A DNA stretch of 64,000 nt. It comes from an uncultured Gammaproteobacteria bacterium. GTDB taxonomy: Bacteria; Patescibacteriota; Patescibacteriia; Magasanikbacterales; UBA922. Location: positions 102,546 to 166,545 of the forward strand of contig CAYMVY010000001.1 of the NCBI GenBank assembly GCA_964394405.1, read 5' to 3'. The position numbers were made by a program, and so were the translations under genes. Positions within the stretch are counted from its first letter, which is position 1; every line of letters begins with the position of its first letter. This document shows positions 1 to 10,895 of this stretch, piece by piece. Under the pieces are notes generated by a model. It was not told where the DNA came from, searched no databases, and worked only from the letters and a program-made list of their open reading frames with translations.

Positions 1-926
1 TTTCCTAGTTTTTCCGCAGCATCAAGTACCCATCTGATACGCTCGAGTTGAGAAGAAAAAGTGCCGATAATTACACGTCCAGGCGCAGTTGAGAGAATAT
101 TCTGGAGATTATTGTACATTTCTTCATAACTTTTTCCTCGAAATTCATGAACCACACCCAAACTTTCGAGCATGAGGACTGTTGGCTTGGTCAATTTTCG
201 AAGTGGGGTATAATCAAGCGTTGGCTTTCCTTCATTATTGCGATCAAGTGTCCAGTCCCCCGGATGAATTGCAGTCCCAGCTGGGGTTTCCACAATTACC
301 CCGACCGCATCCATAATTGAATGTTCAACCTGGAAAAATTTAATCTTAAATTTTCCAAACGTAAACACATCGTCAATACCTTTGATGCGAATAGTCTTCA
401 ATTTATTAGCGCTCCCCTTCTGATAATCTTCTTGTTTGTGCTTGAGAAGTGCAAGTGTCAAATCTCGGCCTACGATGACTGGATTTCCCAATTGTTCGAG
501 CAAAATTGGAGCTGCCCCGATATGATCAAGGTGTCCGTGACTAAAGATAACCGCTCGGATATTCTTTTTCTTATCCTGTAAATACTTAGTATTCGGAACA
601 ATATAATCAATACCTGGCATGTCTTCTTCGGGAAACTGAATTCCCATATCAAGAATAACGATATCATCGCCATATTCAAATACCGTCATATTTCGCCCCA
701 CCTCTTCACATCCACCAATCGGGATAATTCGAAGTGCTGCTGGATTTTTCTCATATTTCCCTTCATCACGACGCTCATAATGTTGCGTCGACTGGGGAGA
801 CATGCGCGGAGTTCCGCGTCGCGGCCTTGGTGATCGTCCTCCACTTTGAGGTCGAGAATTACGTGGACCACTCCCGCCTGAATTTCTCTGTGTGTGCGGT
901 CTCGTCTGCAAACTTTGTGCATTCAT
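1..926 (-). CDS. rnj: Ribonuclease J (metallo-beta-lactamase/beta-CASP RNase), 3' end beyond window; N-terminal Arg/Gly/Pro-rich extension
   Basis: Minus-strand frame (no complete ORF in track because it runs off the window) translates to ...LRIIPIGGCEEVGRNMTVFEYGDDIVILDMGIQFPEEDMPGIDYIVPNTKYLQDKKKNIRAVIFSHGHLDHIGAAPILLEQLGNPVIVG. This carries the HxHxDH MBL motif and the typical RNase J N-terminus. ATG at 924-926 is preceded by a low-complexity tail MNAQSLQTRPHTQRNSGGSGPRNSRPQSGGRSPRPRRGTPRM. Confidence 0.8.
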   Translation of the reverse strand, partial: MNAQSLQTRPHTQRNSGGSGPRNSRPQSGGRSPRPRRGTPRMSPQSTQHYERRDEGKYEKNPAALRIIPIGGCEEVGRNMTVFEYGDDIVILDMGIQFPEEDMPGIDYIVPNTKYLQDKKKNIRAVIFSHGHLDHIGAAPILLEQLGNPVIVGRDLTLALLKHKQEDYQKGSANKLKTIRIKGIDDVFTFGKFKIKFFQVEHSIMDAVGVIVETPAGTAIHPGDWTLDRNNEGKPTLDYTPLRKLTKPTVLMLESLGVVHEFRGKSYEEMYNNLQNILSTAPGRVIIGTFSSQLERIRWVLDAAEKLG

Positions 927-1001
927 ACTACAAATAAACATTAATTAACATTACATAGAGTAATAAGTACTGACACTAAAATGCGTCATAAGTACGAGAT
1001 A

Positions 1002-1072
1002 ATAAACTCAAAACGTAAAATTCAAAAGTAAAAACTATAACTAAAAACTAAAATTTGAACGTTACGTTTTGA
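1002..1072. repeat. Perfect 15-bp inverted repeat (aaactcaaaacgtaa ... ttacgttttgagttt) flanking about 41 nt; member of the TTTTGAGTTTT dispersed repeat family
   Basis: Read directly from the sequence. Related motifs occur at 20867-20920, 30750-30788, 36374-36490 and 59044-59083. Confidence 0.7.
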
Positions 1073-1085
1073 GTTTATCTGTTCG

Positions 1086-1167
1086 TGCCGATGGTGGGAC
1101 TCGAACCCACAAGCCGTGAAGCATGCGCACCTGAAGCGCACGTGTCTACCAATTTCACCACATCGGC
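1086..1167 (-). tRNA. tRNA-Leu (anticodon CAG), long variable arm
   Basis: Reverse complement GCCGATGTGGTGAAATTGGTAGACACGTGCGCTTCAGGTGCGCATGCTTCACGGCTTGTGGGTTCGAGTCCCACCATCGGCA folds as a cloverleaf. Anticodon loop is TTCAGGT with a 5-bp stem TGCGC/GCGCA; the T-arm is GTGGG-TTCGAGT-CCCAC. Confidence 0.8.
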
Positions 1168-1235
1168 ATTCATATTTCAATTTACTTCTCACTACGTGTC
1201 CCATGCACCACAAGAGTGAATGGCCGTAAACCCTT

Positions 1236-1270
1236 GTGGTTTACGGTACCAATTTCACCACATCGGCCCT
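1236..1270 (-). pseudogene. Duplicated 5' fragment (acceptor plus D-arm, about 22 nt) of the adjacent tRNA-Leu, followed by a non-tRNA hairpin; tRNA remnant
   Basis: accaatttcaccacatcggc at 1148-1167 is repeated at 1249-1268. Downstream of the copy the sequence diverges into CCGTAAACC-ACAAG-GGTTTACGG, which has no canonical anticodon or T arm. Confidence 0.4.
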
Positions 1271-1280
1271 TTTTATAGAA

Positions 1281-3296
1281 CTATCCCCCATCTTTTTTCC
1301 CCCAAATCTTCTTCTCCTCCATATACCATTCACTGATATTAGAAAAACGGTCAGAGGGTTTCGCAATTCGATCAACATCAAAACCTTTAATTTGATCAAC
1401 TACAGCATAGGTATACGTAGGGGTATAGAGAAAAACCGCAGGGACATCAGTCATAATCGCCTTATCAAAATCTTGATATAGAGTAGTCACTTCTTCTAAA
1501 TTAGGGGTTGTCCTGATTTTTTCAAGTATTTGATCCACTGACTTATTGGAATATTGAGATAAATTCAATCCCGGATACCCAATTTGGCTAGAATGCCAGA
1601 ACGGATATTGATCAGGCTCACTTCCAATGATGATACCGTACAAGAGCATATCATAATTTCTCGAACGAAGAACTTCGCGGGTAATATCTTGCGGATCGAC
1701 GAGACGAACCTTAATTCGTATACCCACTTCTTGAAAATAACCAGCAATAATTTCAGCAACTTTTGCATATTCAGGTGTTGCGGCTGTCACTAATTCAAAT
1801 CCAATTACATCTTTTTTATTTCCGCCCTTCTTATGACGATAAAACAATTGAGCAGGGCTAAGTTCACCATCAAGTTCCTTTGCAATTTCCTCCCGTATCA
1901 CAGCTTCTTCAGAAGAAGTACTAGTTGTTGAATCAGAACTCAACTCTGATGCCTCGGTCGAACTCGCAAAATTTTCTTGCAGCTTTTTCTCTTCAAGAAT
2001 CCGCTCTGCAACACGTGCTTCGAGTAATATCGTGCGATAGTCTGCAGCAGAAATTCGATCATAGAGTTTATCCAATTTCTGATTTGCAGTATCAATTGAA
2101 AAAAGTGTAGTCGTGGTAGGTTCGGTAAATCCAGGGAATCCCTGCAGAAGTGGACCCGAGATAATTGAGCCTTCGTTGTCGAGCACATCAGAGAGGATAC
2201 GTTCTTTATCAACTGCAAAAGAAAGCGCTGATCGTACTGACGCATCCTTCAAAATCTCATTTTTTTGATTGAAAAACAGAGCTGAATACTGCGGGAGCCG
2301 TAATGTATGCAAAATCACGTGCTTGCGCAGAACTCGTTCACGATATTCATACGGGACAAAAGAAATTCCATCCACTTTCTGTTCACGCAAAGCTGAAATC
2401 AACCCGGTAGGTCCATCATAATCCCCAAAAAATTGAAAAATCATCTCTTCCAAATAAGGAGGATTACGATAAAAATCAGGAAAACGATCCAGTTGAACAG
2501 ATTCTATAAAACCATCCGCATTTTTCACCAATCGACTGAACCGAAATGGTCCAGTTCCAACTGGTTGCAAATTTCTCTGAGCCAGACGCACCTGTGAGGC
2601 AGGAATTCCTGACCACACATGCTTGGGCACAATCCCGACAGTGAGACTAGGTAAAAAAGAAGTAAAGGGTTCTGCAAGGGTAAATGATACACTGTACGGT
2701 CCAAGAGCAGTGACTACCACTTTCTGAAAAGAAACAATAAGTGGACTCCCCACCTCAGTATCCTGGATAAGCTCAAACGTGTGTACTACATCATCGGCAG
2801 TAAAAGGCTCGCCATCATGCCAACGTACATTCTGCTTGAGTTCGAATGTATACACTTTATTATCCGAAGACACATCATATTTTACCGCCAAATCAGGTAC
2901 CAGACGTCGATCAGAATCATAACGCAACAGTCCTGAATATACCAAAGATACAATATCCTGATCAGCTTCGTTCAATGAAGAAAATAGTGGATTGAGTGAC
3001 TGAGGGGATCCAATAACACCCTCGCGATAACTCCCTGCAATTTTTGGAACCGATACACGGTAGGTATCCGCAACCACCAAACTAGCAAACGCAAGTGAGC
3101 ATACAAAAACCGCACACGCAGTGAAAAAAATAATGCGTTCACGAAATGAAAGTATAGCTCCGATCTGGAACAGTTGGCGGGGTGTTGGGAATTTTCGACG
3201 AGAAAGACGCGAAAGTAGAGTTACCTCATGAGATGTGCGTGATTTCTTTTTTCCCACTCCCCCTCCTGCTGCCCTTATATTTCTAAAAAAAGGCAT
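1281..3296 (-). CDS. ABC transporter substrate-binding protein, family 5 (Opp/Dpp/Nik-like), N-terminal membrane anchor
   Basis: 671-aa ORF. Motifs VSVPKIAGSYREGVIGSPQSLNPLF and DIVSLVYSGLLRYD are typical of SBP_bac_5. A hydrophobic segment sits near the N-terminus. Confidence 0.8.
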   Translation of the reverse strand: MPFFRNIRAAGGGVGKKKSRTSHEVTLLSRLSRRKFPTPRQLFQIGAILSFRERIIFFTACAVFVCSLAFASLVVADTYRVSVPKIAGSYREGVIGSPQSLNPLFSSLNEADQDIVSLVYSGLLRYDSDRRLVPDLAVKYDVSSDNKVYTFELKQNVRWHDGEPFTADDVVHTFELIQDTEVGSPLIVSFQKVVVTALGPYSVSFTLAEPFTSFLPSLTVGIVPKHVWSGIPASQVRLAQRNLQPVGTGPFRFSRLVKNADGFIESVQLDRFPDFYRNPPYLEEMIFQFFGDYDGPTGLISALREQKVDGISFVPYEYRERVLRKHVILHTLRLPQYSALFFNQKNEILKDASVRSALSFAVDKERILSDVLDNEGSIISGPLLQGFPGFTEPTTTTLFSIDTANQKLDKLYDRISAADYRTILLEARVAERILEEKKLQENFASSTEASELSSDSTTSTSSEEAVIREEIAKELDGELSPAQLFYRHKKGGNKKDVIGFELVTAATPEYAKVAEIIAGYFQEVGIRIKVRLVDPQDITREVLRSRNYDMLLYGIIIGSEPDQYPFWHSSQIGYPGLNLSQYSNKSVDQILEKIRTTPNLEEVTTLYQDFDKAIMTDVPAVFLYTPTYTYAVVDQIKGFDVDRIAKPSDRFSNISEWYMEEKKIWGKKDGG

Positions 3297-3326
3297 GAGA
3301 TAAAGAGAATTATAAAACCCAAAAAC

Positions 3327-3545
3327 TTAGACGATAAGATTCACAAGTGCCAAAGAAAAAAACAAGATAGAAAGCGCAATAGTGATATTAAACAACACAC
3401 GATCAACACCTCGACGTGTGGTATAGACTCCACCAGATGCCCCAAAGGCACTACCTAGTCCAGCTCCTTTTTGTTGCAATAAAATTGACACCACAAGAAG
3501 CGCTGCAATAACAAGTTGAATTATAATGAGTACAGTCGATAACAT
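3327..3545 (-). CDS. secG: Preprotein translocase subunit SecG
   Basis: Internal ATG gives MLSTVLIIIQLVIAALLVVSILLQQKGAGLGSAFGASGGVYTTRRGVD..., the SecG signature (LLQ.GKG.GL...G). The longer ORF upstream of that Met is not conserved. Confidence 0.75.
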   Translation of the reverse strand: MLSTVLIIIQLVIAALLVVSILLQQKGAGLGSAFGASGGVYTTRRGVDRVLFNITIALSILFFSLALVNLIV

Positions 3546-3722
3546 AGTAGAAGTAGTTTCAAAAAGTATATCAAAAGTGAAGAATCTACGCCAAATTAGC
3601 AAATTGCAGTGTACCAAAACCAAGAGGAACTGTCAAGATAAACTATTTTAAAGAGTATAGTTGCTCCCCCGTTGCTACTAGCAAAAAAAAATGCTATAGT
3701 GTGCATATTCTAGTCTTTTTGT

Positions 3723-4451
3723 ATGCGCATCCAAGCCCTCAAAACAACGGGATATGTCCTACTTACCCTGGGAGGAATTATTCTGACAATATTTCTTTTT
3801 TTCTTTGTATACTATACCTGGCAGCTCAAATACGGGTCAACAGAAAACCGCCAAAAAATCACACGATCCCTCGAAGGGTCATTTACACAAGCATACAAAA
3901 CCGACGCAACTGCTCCGGCATTTAGAAATGACTGGAGTTCTTTTATTCAACCTACAAACCCGTCTCTCGGCGATCCGAATGCTCCAATAACGATACTTAT
4001 GTTTATCGATTTTGAATGTCCTTATTGCCAGGCGAGTTTCCCCATCTTCAATCAAGTAACCGATACTTTCGGAAGTGCAATTCGAGTAGTATTCAAACAA
4101 TTCCCGATCGAAAGTATCCATCCCCGTGCCAAGGCTGCAGCGATTGCTAGTATGTGCGCAAACCAACAAGGCGCTTTTTGGAAATTTCACAATACAGCAT
4201 TTGAAGAGGGTATGCTTGACGAAAGCTCTCTTTACGCGTATGCTAATGCGTCAAGCATGGATATCACTGCTTTTGACACATGTGTCAAAGGAAATACATT
4301 TGATAATGCCATCAACCAAGATCTCACGGACGGAATAACTCTCGGGGTACGAGGAACTCCCACCTATATCGTAAATGGAAAATTCATCGAGGGAGTACTC
4401 ACCTTTGATGAATGGAAAAACGTTATATTATCTGAACTCAATCAGCCATAA
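3723..4451 (+). CDS. DsbA-family thiol:disulfide oxidoreductase (thioredoxin fold, CPYC active site) with N-terminal TM anchor
   Basis: Motif FIDFECPYCQ plus an N-terminal hydrophobic helix. Confidence 0.75.
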   Translation: MRIQALKTTGYVLLTLGGIILTIFLFFFVYYTWQLKYGSTENRQKITRSLEGSFTQAYKTDATAPAFRNDWSSFIQPTNPSLGDPNAPITILMFIDFECPYCQASFPIFNQVTDTFGSAIRVVFKQFPIESIHPRAKAAAIASMCANQQGAFWKFHNTAFEEGMLDESSLYAYANASSMDITAFDTCVKGNTFDNAINQDLTDGITLGVRGTPTYIVNGKFIEGVLTFDEWKNVILSELNQP

Positions 4452-4464
4452 TTTCCTCTAAAAA

Positions 4465-5955
4465 ATGCCTGCCATGTCACCCTCATGTATAAAAAAAATA
4501 TTTTTTCTCTGCCTCATCGTGGCAGGTATTTTTCCTGTAACTACGCATGCCCAAATTGATCAGCGCTGCTGGCTCGAACAAGAATGCTATGATGCGCGCG
4601 CAGCACTTTTTGGAGGCGAGAAACCAAAAATAGGTGAAGTGGGATGGGACAAAGTATTCCGCCAAGACAATACTACCAAAAAACTGTGTGGAGGTGATAA
4701 AGATGCGTTGAACAAAAAAATTGGTTTTTGTCTTCCAGCAACTACCGCAAAAACAAAAATCTCTATCGGCGGACAAACAGAATTTACCGGACTTACTGAA
4801 TTTGTATCATTTATCTATACGTATGGACTCAGTGTTGCGTCTCTTCTGGCGATACTGGTGATTATTGTGGCTGGTGTACAATGGACACTATCTGGAGGGA
4901 ATACCGAAGCAATTAGCGGAGCACAACACAAAATATATGGGGCAGTGATAGGACTTGTCATACTAGCAGCCGCGTATACGATCCTCTACACCGTGAACCC
5001 CGACCTCGTCAATCTACGACCTCCCAATGCATGGATGATTAATACCCAGACAATAGGTGCCCCCTATTGCAGTGATATTACAGATAGCATGATTTCAAAA
5101 GATCCCTCAAATGCAACAGGAGAAATATTGACTAGTGAAGAGAAGCAAGCAGGTTTTGCCCTGGTTTCAGCGACAGACTGGGTATCGACTTCGACTGCTG
5201 CCTGTGGCAATGATTATTATGTACAAAAAACTGGCGCACTCACCTGTAGCGGGGATTATTGTCCAAGAACTGATGATAACAAAACACAGGTATGTTTTGA
5301 TAAAAATAGAGACGGTCGGAAAGAATGCGCAGAAGCGAGTATCGCAGGCACGATATATAATAGAGACCTGGGAGCTGAAATTTTTATCCAGCTAGGCGGT
5401 CTAGCAAGAATGTTTGCTGGCGAAGGATGGACATGGATTTGGGTAGAAGATTTCGATGTATATGTTGTATGTAATAATGGCAAACATTCAACCATCGAGG
5501 CACAGGCCAGTAATCCAGAAGATTCACTAAACGAGTCAAAAAAAGAACAACAATACTGGATATCTATCGAGGATAAAACACTGGACGCTGCAACAAAGTA
5601 TTGTGAAGATAAAGGACTGGTAAAAGGAATAGCGCTGGGGCCAGATATGAACGAATCTGGTGATATTTTTGGAGCACGAGAAAGACATATTGTGGGTCGA
5701 CACCCAGGATTCAACGCTGAAGGAGGCGCGGGTCGAAGTGTCGCTGCAGATCTAGGAGACGAGTCAAATAGTGACGATGAATGTCTTCTTAAACTAGTAC
5801 CTGCAAACTATCTAATATCAATCGAAGACTTGAAAAAAAATGGTGTGCTCCTGGATATCAATGCTCAACTTATTTTTGACATTGATGATGAGCGAGACAG
5901 AATAAAACATTATGATAAACCATTTGGATATAGCCAACATTGCTTAAACAGATAA
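4465..5955 (+). CDS. Large cysteine-rich secreted/surface protein with signal peptide and an internal VirB2/TrbC-like (T4SS pilin-like) double-TM hairpin
   Basis: Signal peptide [29 protein letters not shown] and about 20 Cys. Segment [59 protein letters not shown] matches the helix-GG(N/D)-loop-helix pattern of conjugative pilins and CPR pilin-like domains. Confidence 0.45.
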   Translation: MPAMSPSCIKKIFFLCLIVAGIFPVTTHAQIDQRCWLEQECYDARAALFGGEKPKIGEVGWDKVFRQDNTTKKLCGGDKDALNKKIGFCLPATTAKTKISIGGQTEFTGLTEFVSFIYTYGLSVASLLAILVIIVAGVQWTLSGGNTEAISGAQHKIYGAVIGLVILAAAYTILYTVNPDLVNLRPPNAWMINTQTIGAPYCSDITDSMISKDPSNATGEILTSEEKQAGFALVSATDWVSTSTAACGNDYYVQKTGALTCSGDYCPRTDDNKTQVCFDKNRDGRKECAEASIAGTIYNRDLGAEIFIQLGGLARMFAGEGWTWIWVEDFDVYVVCNNGKHSTIEAQASNPEDSLNESKKEQQYWISIEDKTLDAATKYCEDKGLVKGIALGPDMNESGDIFGARERHIVGRHPGFNAEGGAGRSVAADLGDESNSDDECLLKLVPANYLISIEDLKKNGVLLDINAQLIFDIDDERDRIKHYDKPFGYSQHCLNR

Positions 5956-5962
5956 ATCGAGT

Positions 5963-8836
5963 ATGAAACAAAATGACACCATAAAAATTGTTAATGCACG
6001 GGTACACAATCTCAAAAATGTATCGCTTGAAATTCCAAAAAACAAATTAGTCGTTATTACCGGTCTCTCTGGTTCGGGTAAATCTTCCCTCGCATTCGAC
6101 ACCATCTACGCCGAAGGACAGAGAAGATATGCCGAGAGTCTGAACGCGTATGCCCGCCAATTTATGGATATGCAGGATAAGCCAGACGCAGATGAAATTT
6201 CCGGCCTCTCTCCAACCATTGCAATAAATCAAAGAAATACGACCCAAAACCCACGTTCCACCGTGGGTACTGCAACTGAAATCTATGATTATCTCCGCCT
6301 ATTATTCGCGCGAATTGGAGTACAGTGGTGCCCTGCATGCAATATTCCCGTAACATCCTACAAACCCGGGGTCATCGTAGAAAAAATAAGAACATTGGGT
6401 AAAAAATCTCCCAACGCAGTATTACTCTCCCCTATTATCAGACAAGAGTCTATTACTACTAAGGAGCTGAAACATCGAGTAGAAAAGACCGGGTATCCTT
6501 CAGTACGATTAAACGGAATTGAAACTTCAGTAAAACAAATCCCCTCAGTCACACTCAACCCCTCGTACACCTATGATGTTGAAATTATTATCGGGGAACT
6601 CAAAAATCTACTCAAAGAATCATTTACCAAGCACGTACTCAAAGCACTCGACTTCTCAAACGGCTATATCACTCTCTATGATCCAGACACGGAAAAAGAA
6701 ATTTCTTTTTCCGAAGTACCCATGTGCAGTTCATGTAGCAGAACATTTTCGCATATTGAACCACGGTCTTTTAGCTTCAATAGCCCCTACGGCGCATGTC
6801 CGCGTTGTACTGGACTAGGGAAAACACTTGAAGTTGATCCAGAACTCGTCATTCCAAATCAAAAACTCACGATTAGCGAAGGGGCGGTACAGCCATGGAC
6901 ACGACTGGTCGGAAATAATACTGGACTCATGGAAATCCTGACCGAAGTGGCAGGAGTACATGGATTTTCACTCGATCGACCAATTGAGGAATTACCCCAG
7001 GCAACCATGGATATTATTCTCTATGGTACCGATGGACAGGAATACATAGTCAAAGGTAAAAAAACAAATTACGAGGGTGTAATCCCAAATCTCACTGCGC
7101 GGTATATTGAAACCAAATCAGAATATGTAAAAAAAGAAATCGAAGTATACATGCGTGAAAAACCATGCTCAGTCTGTGACACCAAACGTCTCAAAGAAGA
7201 TAGTCTAAATATCAAAATCACCGACTACTCAATAGCAGATGTAGCCGAAATGAGTCTCGAGGAATCATACGAAATATTCAAATCCCTTGAAACCCAAAAC
7301 TCAGCACTTGCAAAAAAACTCTCCAGCGATGAACGAACCATCGCAAAACCTATCGCGCTTGAAATCAGACGACGTATTGAACATCTACTCGATGTCGGTC
7401 TCGCCTATCTCACACTCGATCGATCACTGAATACACTCTCGGGTGGAGAATCACAGCGTGTCCGACTCTCGACACAGCTCTCAGCAGGGCTCTCAGGACT
7501 CATCTATATCCTTGACGAGCCTTCAATTGGACTTCATCCAAAAGATAATGGAAAACTCATCAATACGCTGATTTCACTTCGTGATGCCGGAAATACCGTA
7601 ATCGTGGTTGAACACGACAAGGCAATTATGCAGGCTGCCGATTATCTGATTGATATTGGCCCTGGAGCCGGAGAGTATGGTGGAGTGGTCATGGCTTCAG
7701 GTACTCCTGAACGAGTGATCAAGTCAGACAAATCTCTCACAGGCAGATATCTCTCCGGAGCTGAAGAAATAAAGCCGTTGGGAAAATTACGCAAAGGTAG
7801 TGGGAAAAAACTGACTATTCTTGGTGCAAAGGCTAACAACCTCAAAAATATTGATGTTGATATTCCGCTAGCCATGTTTGTGAGTATTACCGGTGTGTCT
7901 GGTTCAGGAAAATCAACACTCATTCTCGATATCTTAGGAAAAACACTTGAAAAGAAATTTTATCGCGCAAAAGATGAACCTGGTGAGCACAAAGATATCA
8001 AAGGACTATCAAATATTGATAAAGTCATTGCAATTGATCAAACCCCAATTGGACGAACTCCACGTAGTAACCCAGTTACCTATACTGGTATATTTACCAT
8101 GATTCGCGATCTCTACGCAGAGCTTCCAGAATCAAAAATGCGCGGATACCAGGCAGGCACATTTAGCTTCAATGTAAAGGGCGATGGGCGCTGTGAAGCA
8201 TGTGGCGGAGAAGGATATGTCACTATTCCCATGCATTTCTTGAACGATGTATTTGTCGAGTGTGGTGAATGTCATGGTACCCGCTATACGAGAGATGTAC
8301 TCGAGATCCACTACAAAGAAAAAAACATTGCTGAAGTCCTCAAAATGACCGTAGAAGAAGCATTCAAATTTTTCCAAGGAAAGACCCCAATCACTGATAA
8401 GCTCCAAATACTTCGAAATGTAGGTCTTGGATACGTCCAGCTGGGACAACCTGCCACCACCCTCTCGGGTGGAGAAGCGCAGAGAATCAAACTCGCAACC
8501 GAATTATCACGTCGATCAACTGGTAAAACTATCTATATTCTTGATGAACCTTCAACTGGTCTTCATTTCGAAGATATCAAAAAACTCCTACATGTGCTTC
8601 ACCAACTCGTGGATAAGGGAAATACCGTATTAGTGATCGAACACAATCTCGACATTATCAAATGTTCTGACTGGATTATTGATTTGGGCCCTGGAGGCGG
8701 AAAACATGGTGGTCGCGTAGTTGGATCAGGAACTCCAGATCAGATTCTCAAATCAAAAGAAAGTCTCACTGCAGAATATCTCAAAAAAGAACTAACCCAG
8801 CAAAGTAAAAAGGGGAAAGTAAAAAGGGGAAAGTAA
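5963..8836 (+). CDS. uvrA: Excinuclease ABC subunit A
   Basis: 957 aa. Two ABC modules ([23 protein letters not shown]; second Walker [11 protein letters not shown]), zinc-finger CxxC pairs and the LSGGE signature twice. Confidence 0.95.
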   Translation: MKQNDTIKIVNARVHNLKNVSLEIPKNKLVVITGLSGSGKSSLAFDTIYAEGQRRYAESLNAYARQFMDMQDKPDADEISGLSPTIAINQRNTTQNPRSTVGTATEIYDYLRLLFARIGVQWCPACNIPVTSYKPGVIVEKIRTLGKKSPNAVLLSPIIRQESITTKELKHRVEKTGYPSVRLNGIETSVKQIPSVTLNPSYTYDVEIIIGELKNLLKESFTKHVLKALDFSNGYITLYDPDTEKEISFSEVPMCSSCSRTFSHIEPRSFSFNSPYGACPRCTGLGKTLEVDPELVIPNQKLTISEGAVQPWTRLVGNNTGLMEILTEVAGVHGFSLDRPIEELPQATMDIILYGTDGQEYIVKGKKTNYEGVIPNLTARYIETKSEYVKKEIEVYMREKPCSVCDTKRLKEDSLNIKITDYSIADVAEMSLEESYEIFKSLETQNSALAKKLSSDERTIAKPIALEIRRRIEHLLDVGLAYLTLDRSLNTLSGGESQRVRLSTQLSAGLSGLIYILDEPSIGLHPKDNGKLINTLISLRDAGNTVIVVEHDKAIMQAADYLIDIGPGAGEYGGVVMASGTPERVIKSDKSLTGRYLSGAEEIKPLGKLRKGSGKKLTILGAKANNLKNIDVDIPLAMFVSITGVSGSGKSTLILDILGKTLEKKFYRAKDEPGEHKDIKGLSNIDKVIAIDQTPIGRTPRSNPVTYTGIFTMIRDLYAELPESKMRGYQAGTFSFNVKGDGRCEACGGEGYVTIPMHFLNDVFVECGECHGTRYTRDVLEIHYKEKNIAEVLKMTVEEAFKFFQGKTPITDKLQILRNVGLGYVQLGQPATTLSGGEAQRIKLATELSRRSTGKTIYILDEPSTGLHFEDIKKLLHVLHQLVDKGNTVLVIEHNLDIIKCSDWIIDLGPGGGKHGGRVVGSGTPDQILKSKESLTAEYLKKELTQQSKKGKVKRGK

Positions 8837-8851
8837 AAAATCAAGAAATAA

Positions 8852-8890
8852 AAAATGCACGGGAAATTTTCACGTGCATTTTCTTTTAAC
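8852..8890. terminator. Bidirectional rho-independent terminator between convergent uvrA and rplS
   Basis: Hairpin atgcacg-ggaaattttca-cgtgcat flanked by A-run and T-run. Confidence 0.5.
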
Positions 8891-8900
8891 TTTTTCGTTT

Positions 8901-9233
8901 TTACTTTTTACCTTCTTTTACTTCTTTAAGTTTCTTCTTATAGTCTCGGAGGAAGTAAGGTCGAGATTTTCGTACATGCATAGCACGTACGAGTTCAATT
9001 TTTTCTACCACTGGGGAATTAATTGGGAAAATCTTTTCCACGCCGATACCGTCTGAAACTTTGCGAACGGTAATGGTTGCTCCAGTCTCAGCACCATGTT
9101 TGACCGCAAGTACAATTCCTTCAAAGATCTGAATACGTTCCTTTTCTTCGCCTTTAGTATTCAATTCTTTAATTTTTTGATGAACTTTGACGATCATTCC
9201 TGACTTAACTTCATGTCTAATATCTGTTGACAT
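8901..9233 (-). CDS. rplS: 50S ribosomal protein L19
   Basis: [26 protein letters not shown] matches the L19 signature. Confidence 0.9.
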   Translation of the reverse strand: MSTDIRHEVKSGMIVKVHQKIKELNTKGEEKERIQIFEGIVLAVKHGAETGATITVRKVSDGIGVEKIFPINSPVVEKIELVRAMHVRKSRPYFLRDYKKKLKEVKEGKK

Positions 9234-9310
9234 AGATAAATGTTTAATCGAGAGGTTGGATATAGAAGTACCAACGTCGGAATATAATATACTGTAGTGG
9301 CAACACTGTA

Positions 9311-9913
9311 CTATACAGAGGACGACTTGTCAAGAGAGAGATCCCCTTTACGGGCCTCTGTAATAACGTCCACCAATTTCTCTACTGTTTTATCAAATTT
9401 ACCCTGTTTATTCACAATTTGGAGGTCATAGATACCAGCTTCTGCAATCTGTTGGCGAGCGATCTCAAGGCGCTCTTCCACATCTTCGAGGGTAATCCCA
9501 CCTCGAGCAATGATACGACTACGGAGCACATCCAAATTTTCCGGCATGAGAAAGATCGCTAAATGAGGGATATGGAGACGATCAAAAGACCGTTTACCGT
9601 TTATTTCGACTTGTGTGTAGACCACATCATATTCCCTTAACGCGCGGTCTAGTACAGCTTTTTCAGTGCCATAATAATTACCTGCATATCGATTGTATTC
9701 GACAAATTCCCCTTGAGAGATCTTTTCCTTAAATTCACTCTCTGATACAAAATGGTAATCAACTCCCTCAATATTACCAGGTCGAGGAGGACGTGACGTA
9801 GTCGTGAGACATCGAGCTGAATGGGGTATTGCCTTACACAATGCCTTGATCACTGAATCTTTCCCTCCTCCAGAAGGAGAAGAGATAACCACAAGCAGAC
9901 TCTTATGTTTCAT
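9311..9913 (-). CDS. gmk: Guanylate kinase
   Basis: P-loop [10 protein letters not shown] and [34 protein letters not shown]. Confidence 0.9.
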   Translation of the reverse strand: MKHKSLLVVISSPSGGGKDSVIKALCKAIPHSARCLTTTSRPPRPGNIEGVDYHFVSESEFKEKISQGEFVEYNRYAGNYYGTEKAVLDRALREYDVVYTQVEINGKRSFDRLHIPHLAIFLMPENLDVLRSRIIARGGITLEDVEERLEIARQQIAEAGIYDLQIVNKQGKFDKTVEKLVDVITEARKGDLSLDKSSSV

Positions 9914-9918
9914 ACAGA

Positions 9919-10881
9919 CTAACTTAATTTCTCAAGATACGTAACGAGCTCCTGAGGTAAAGGGCACTCATAACACGCTCGCTCATCTGCGAGTGTGTTA
10001 AAACATAATTTTGATGAATGGAGAAACAAACGATTCAAAGGAATATTATTCTTTTTTATATTTCGTTTATGCTCATAAAGTGTATCCCCTACCACAGGAT
10101 GATTATAAGCATGCATATGTACTCTGATCTGATGCATGCGTCCTGTATGGAGTTTAACCGAAAGCAGGGTATATCGCGCAAACCTTTGTATCACATCAAA
10201 CTCAGTCATTGCATCTTTTCCACTTCGATCTTCTTTGACATTTCGAAGGGTCATCGTAGTACTCGGTCGTGCAATCATTCTCCCCTCTTTACCTCGATCA
10301 ATAATAAAAGTAATCGTGTCATGTTCAGCAGACGTAGATCCGTAAACTAGTACGGTATACGTTTTTTCTACTGTACGAGCCTTAAACTGTTCTTTCAAAT
10401 ACTCGAACATTTTTTGTGTTCGCGCAACCACGAGTACTCCAGACGCATCCTTATCAAGACGATGCACAATGCCCGGACGAACCTCTGAGTCACCCACCTG
10501 TGCCACTTCAGGGTATTTTGCCACAATCCACGAAGCGAGGGTCACTTTTTCTTTTGCTTCAGTAGGGTGTACGATTAGCCCGGCTGGTTTTTCTACCACC
10601 AGATAGTCCTTATCTTCATGGATAATACGTATTTTTTCTAATAATTCCTCAGATTCTTGAACCTCTGCTTGAGTAACTATTTTCACTTCCTCCACGTCAT
10701 CAACTTCAATCTCATCTCCGGTTTGCACTCGATATGAAGATTTGGCACAAACTACTCCATTAACTACCACAAGACCACGATCAATTAATCGCTGTACATG
10801 AGTACGAGTTCCGCATCCATTCTCGGCAAGAAATGCATCAATTCGCTGTTTTTGAAGTTGTTCAGAAACCGTTATAATCAT
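9919..10881 (-). CDS. rluD: RluA-family pseudouridine synthase with N-terminal S4 domain (RluD-like)
   Basis: HRLDKDASGVLVVAR catalytic motif plus an S4-like N-terminus. Confidence 0.85.
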   Translation of the reverse strand: MIITVSEQLQKQRIDAFLAENGCGTRTHVQRLIDRGLVVVNGVVCAKSSYRVQTGDEIEVDDVEEVKIVTQAEVQESEELLEKIRIIHEDKDYLVVEKPAGLIVHPTEAKEKVTLASWIVAKYPEVAQVGDSEVRPGIVHRLDKDASGVLVVARTQKMFEYLKEQFKARTVEKTYTVLVYGSTSAEHDTITFIIDRGKEGRMIARPSTTMTLRNVKEDRSGKDAMTEFDVIQRFARYTLLSVKLHTGRMHQIRVHMHAYNHPVVGDTLYEHKRNIKKNNIPLNRLFLHSSKLCFNTLADERACYECPLPQELVTYLEKLS

Positions 10882-10895
10882 ACTAGAATATAGTG

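Noticed and set aside
1236-1270. Second functional tRNA adjacent to tRNA-Leu
   Set aside because: Only the acceptor and D-arm portion is present. The following hairpin has a 5-nt loop and no T-arm, so it cannot fold into a cloverleaf.
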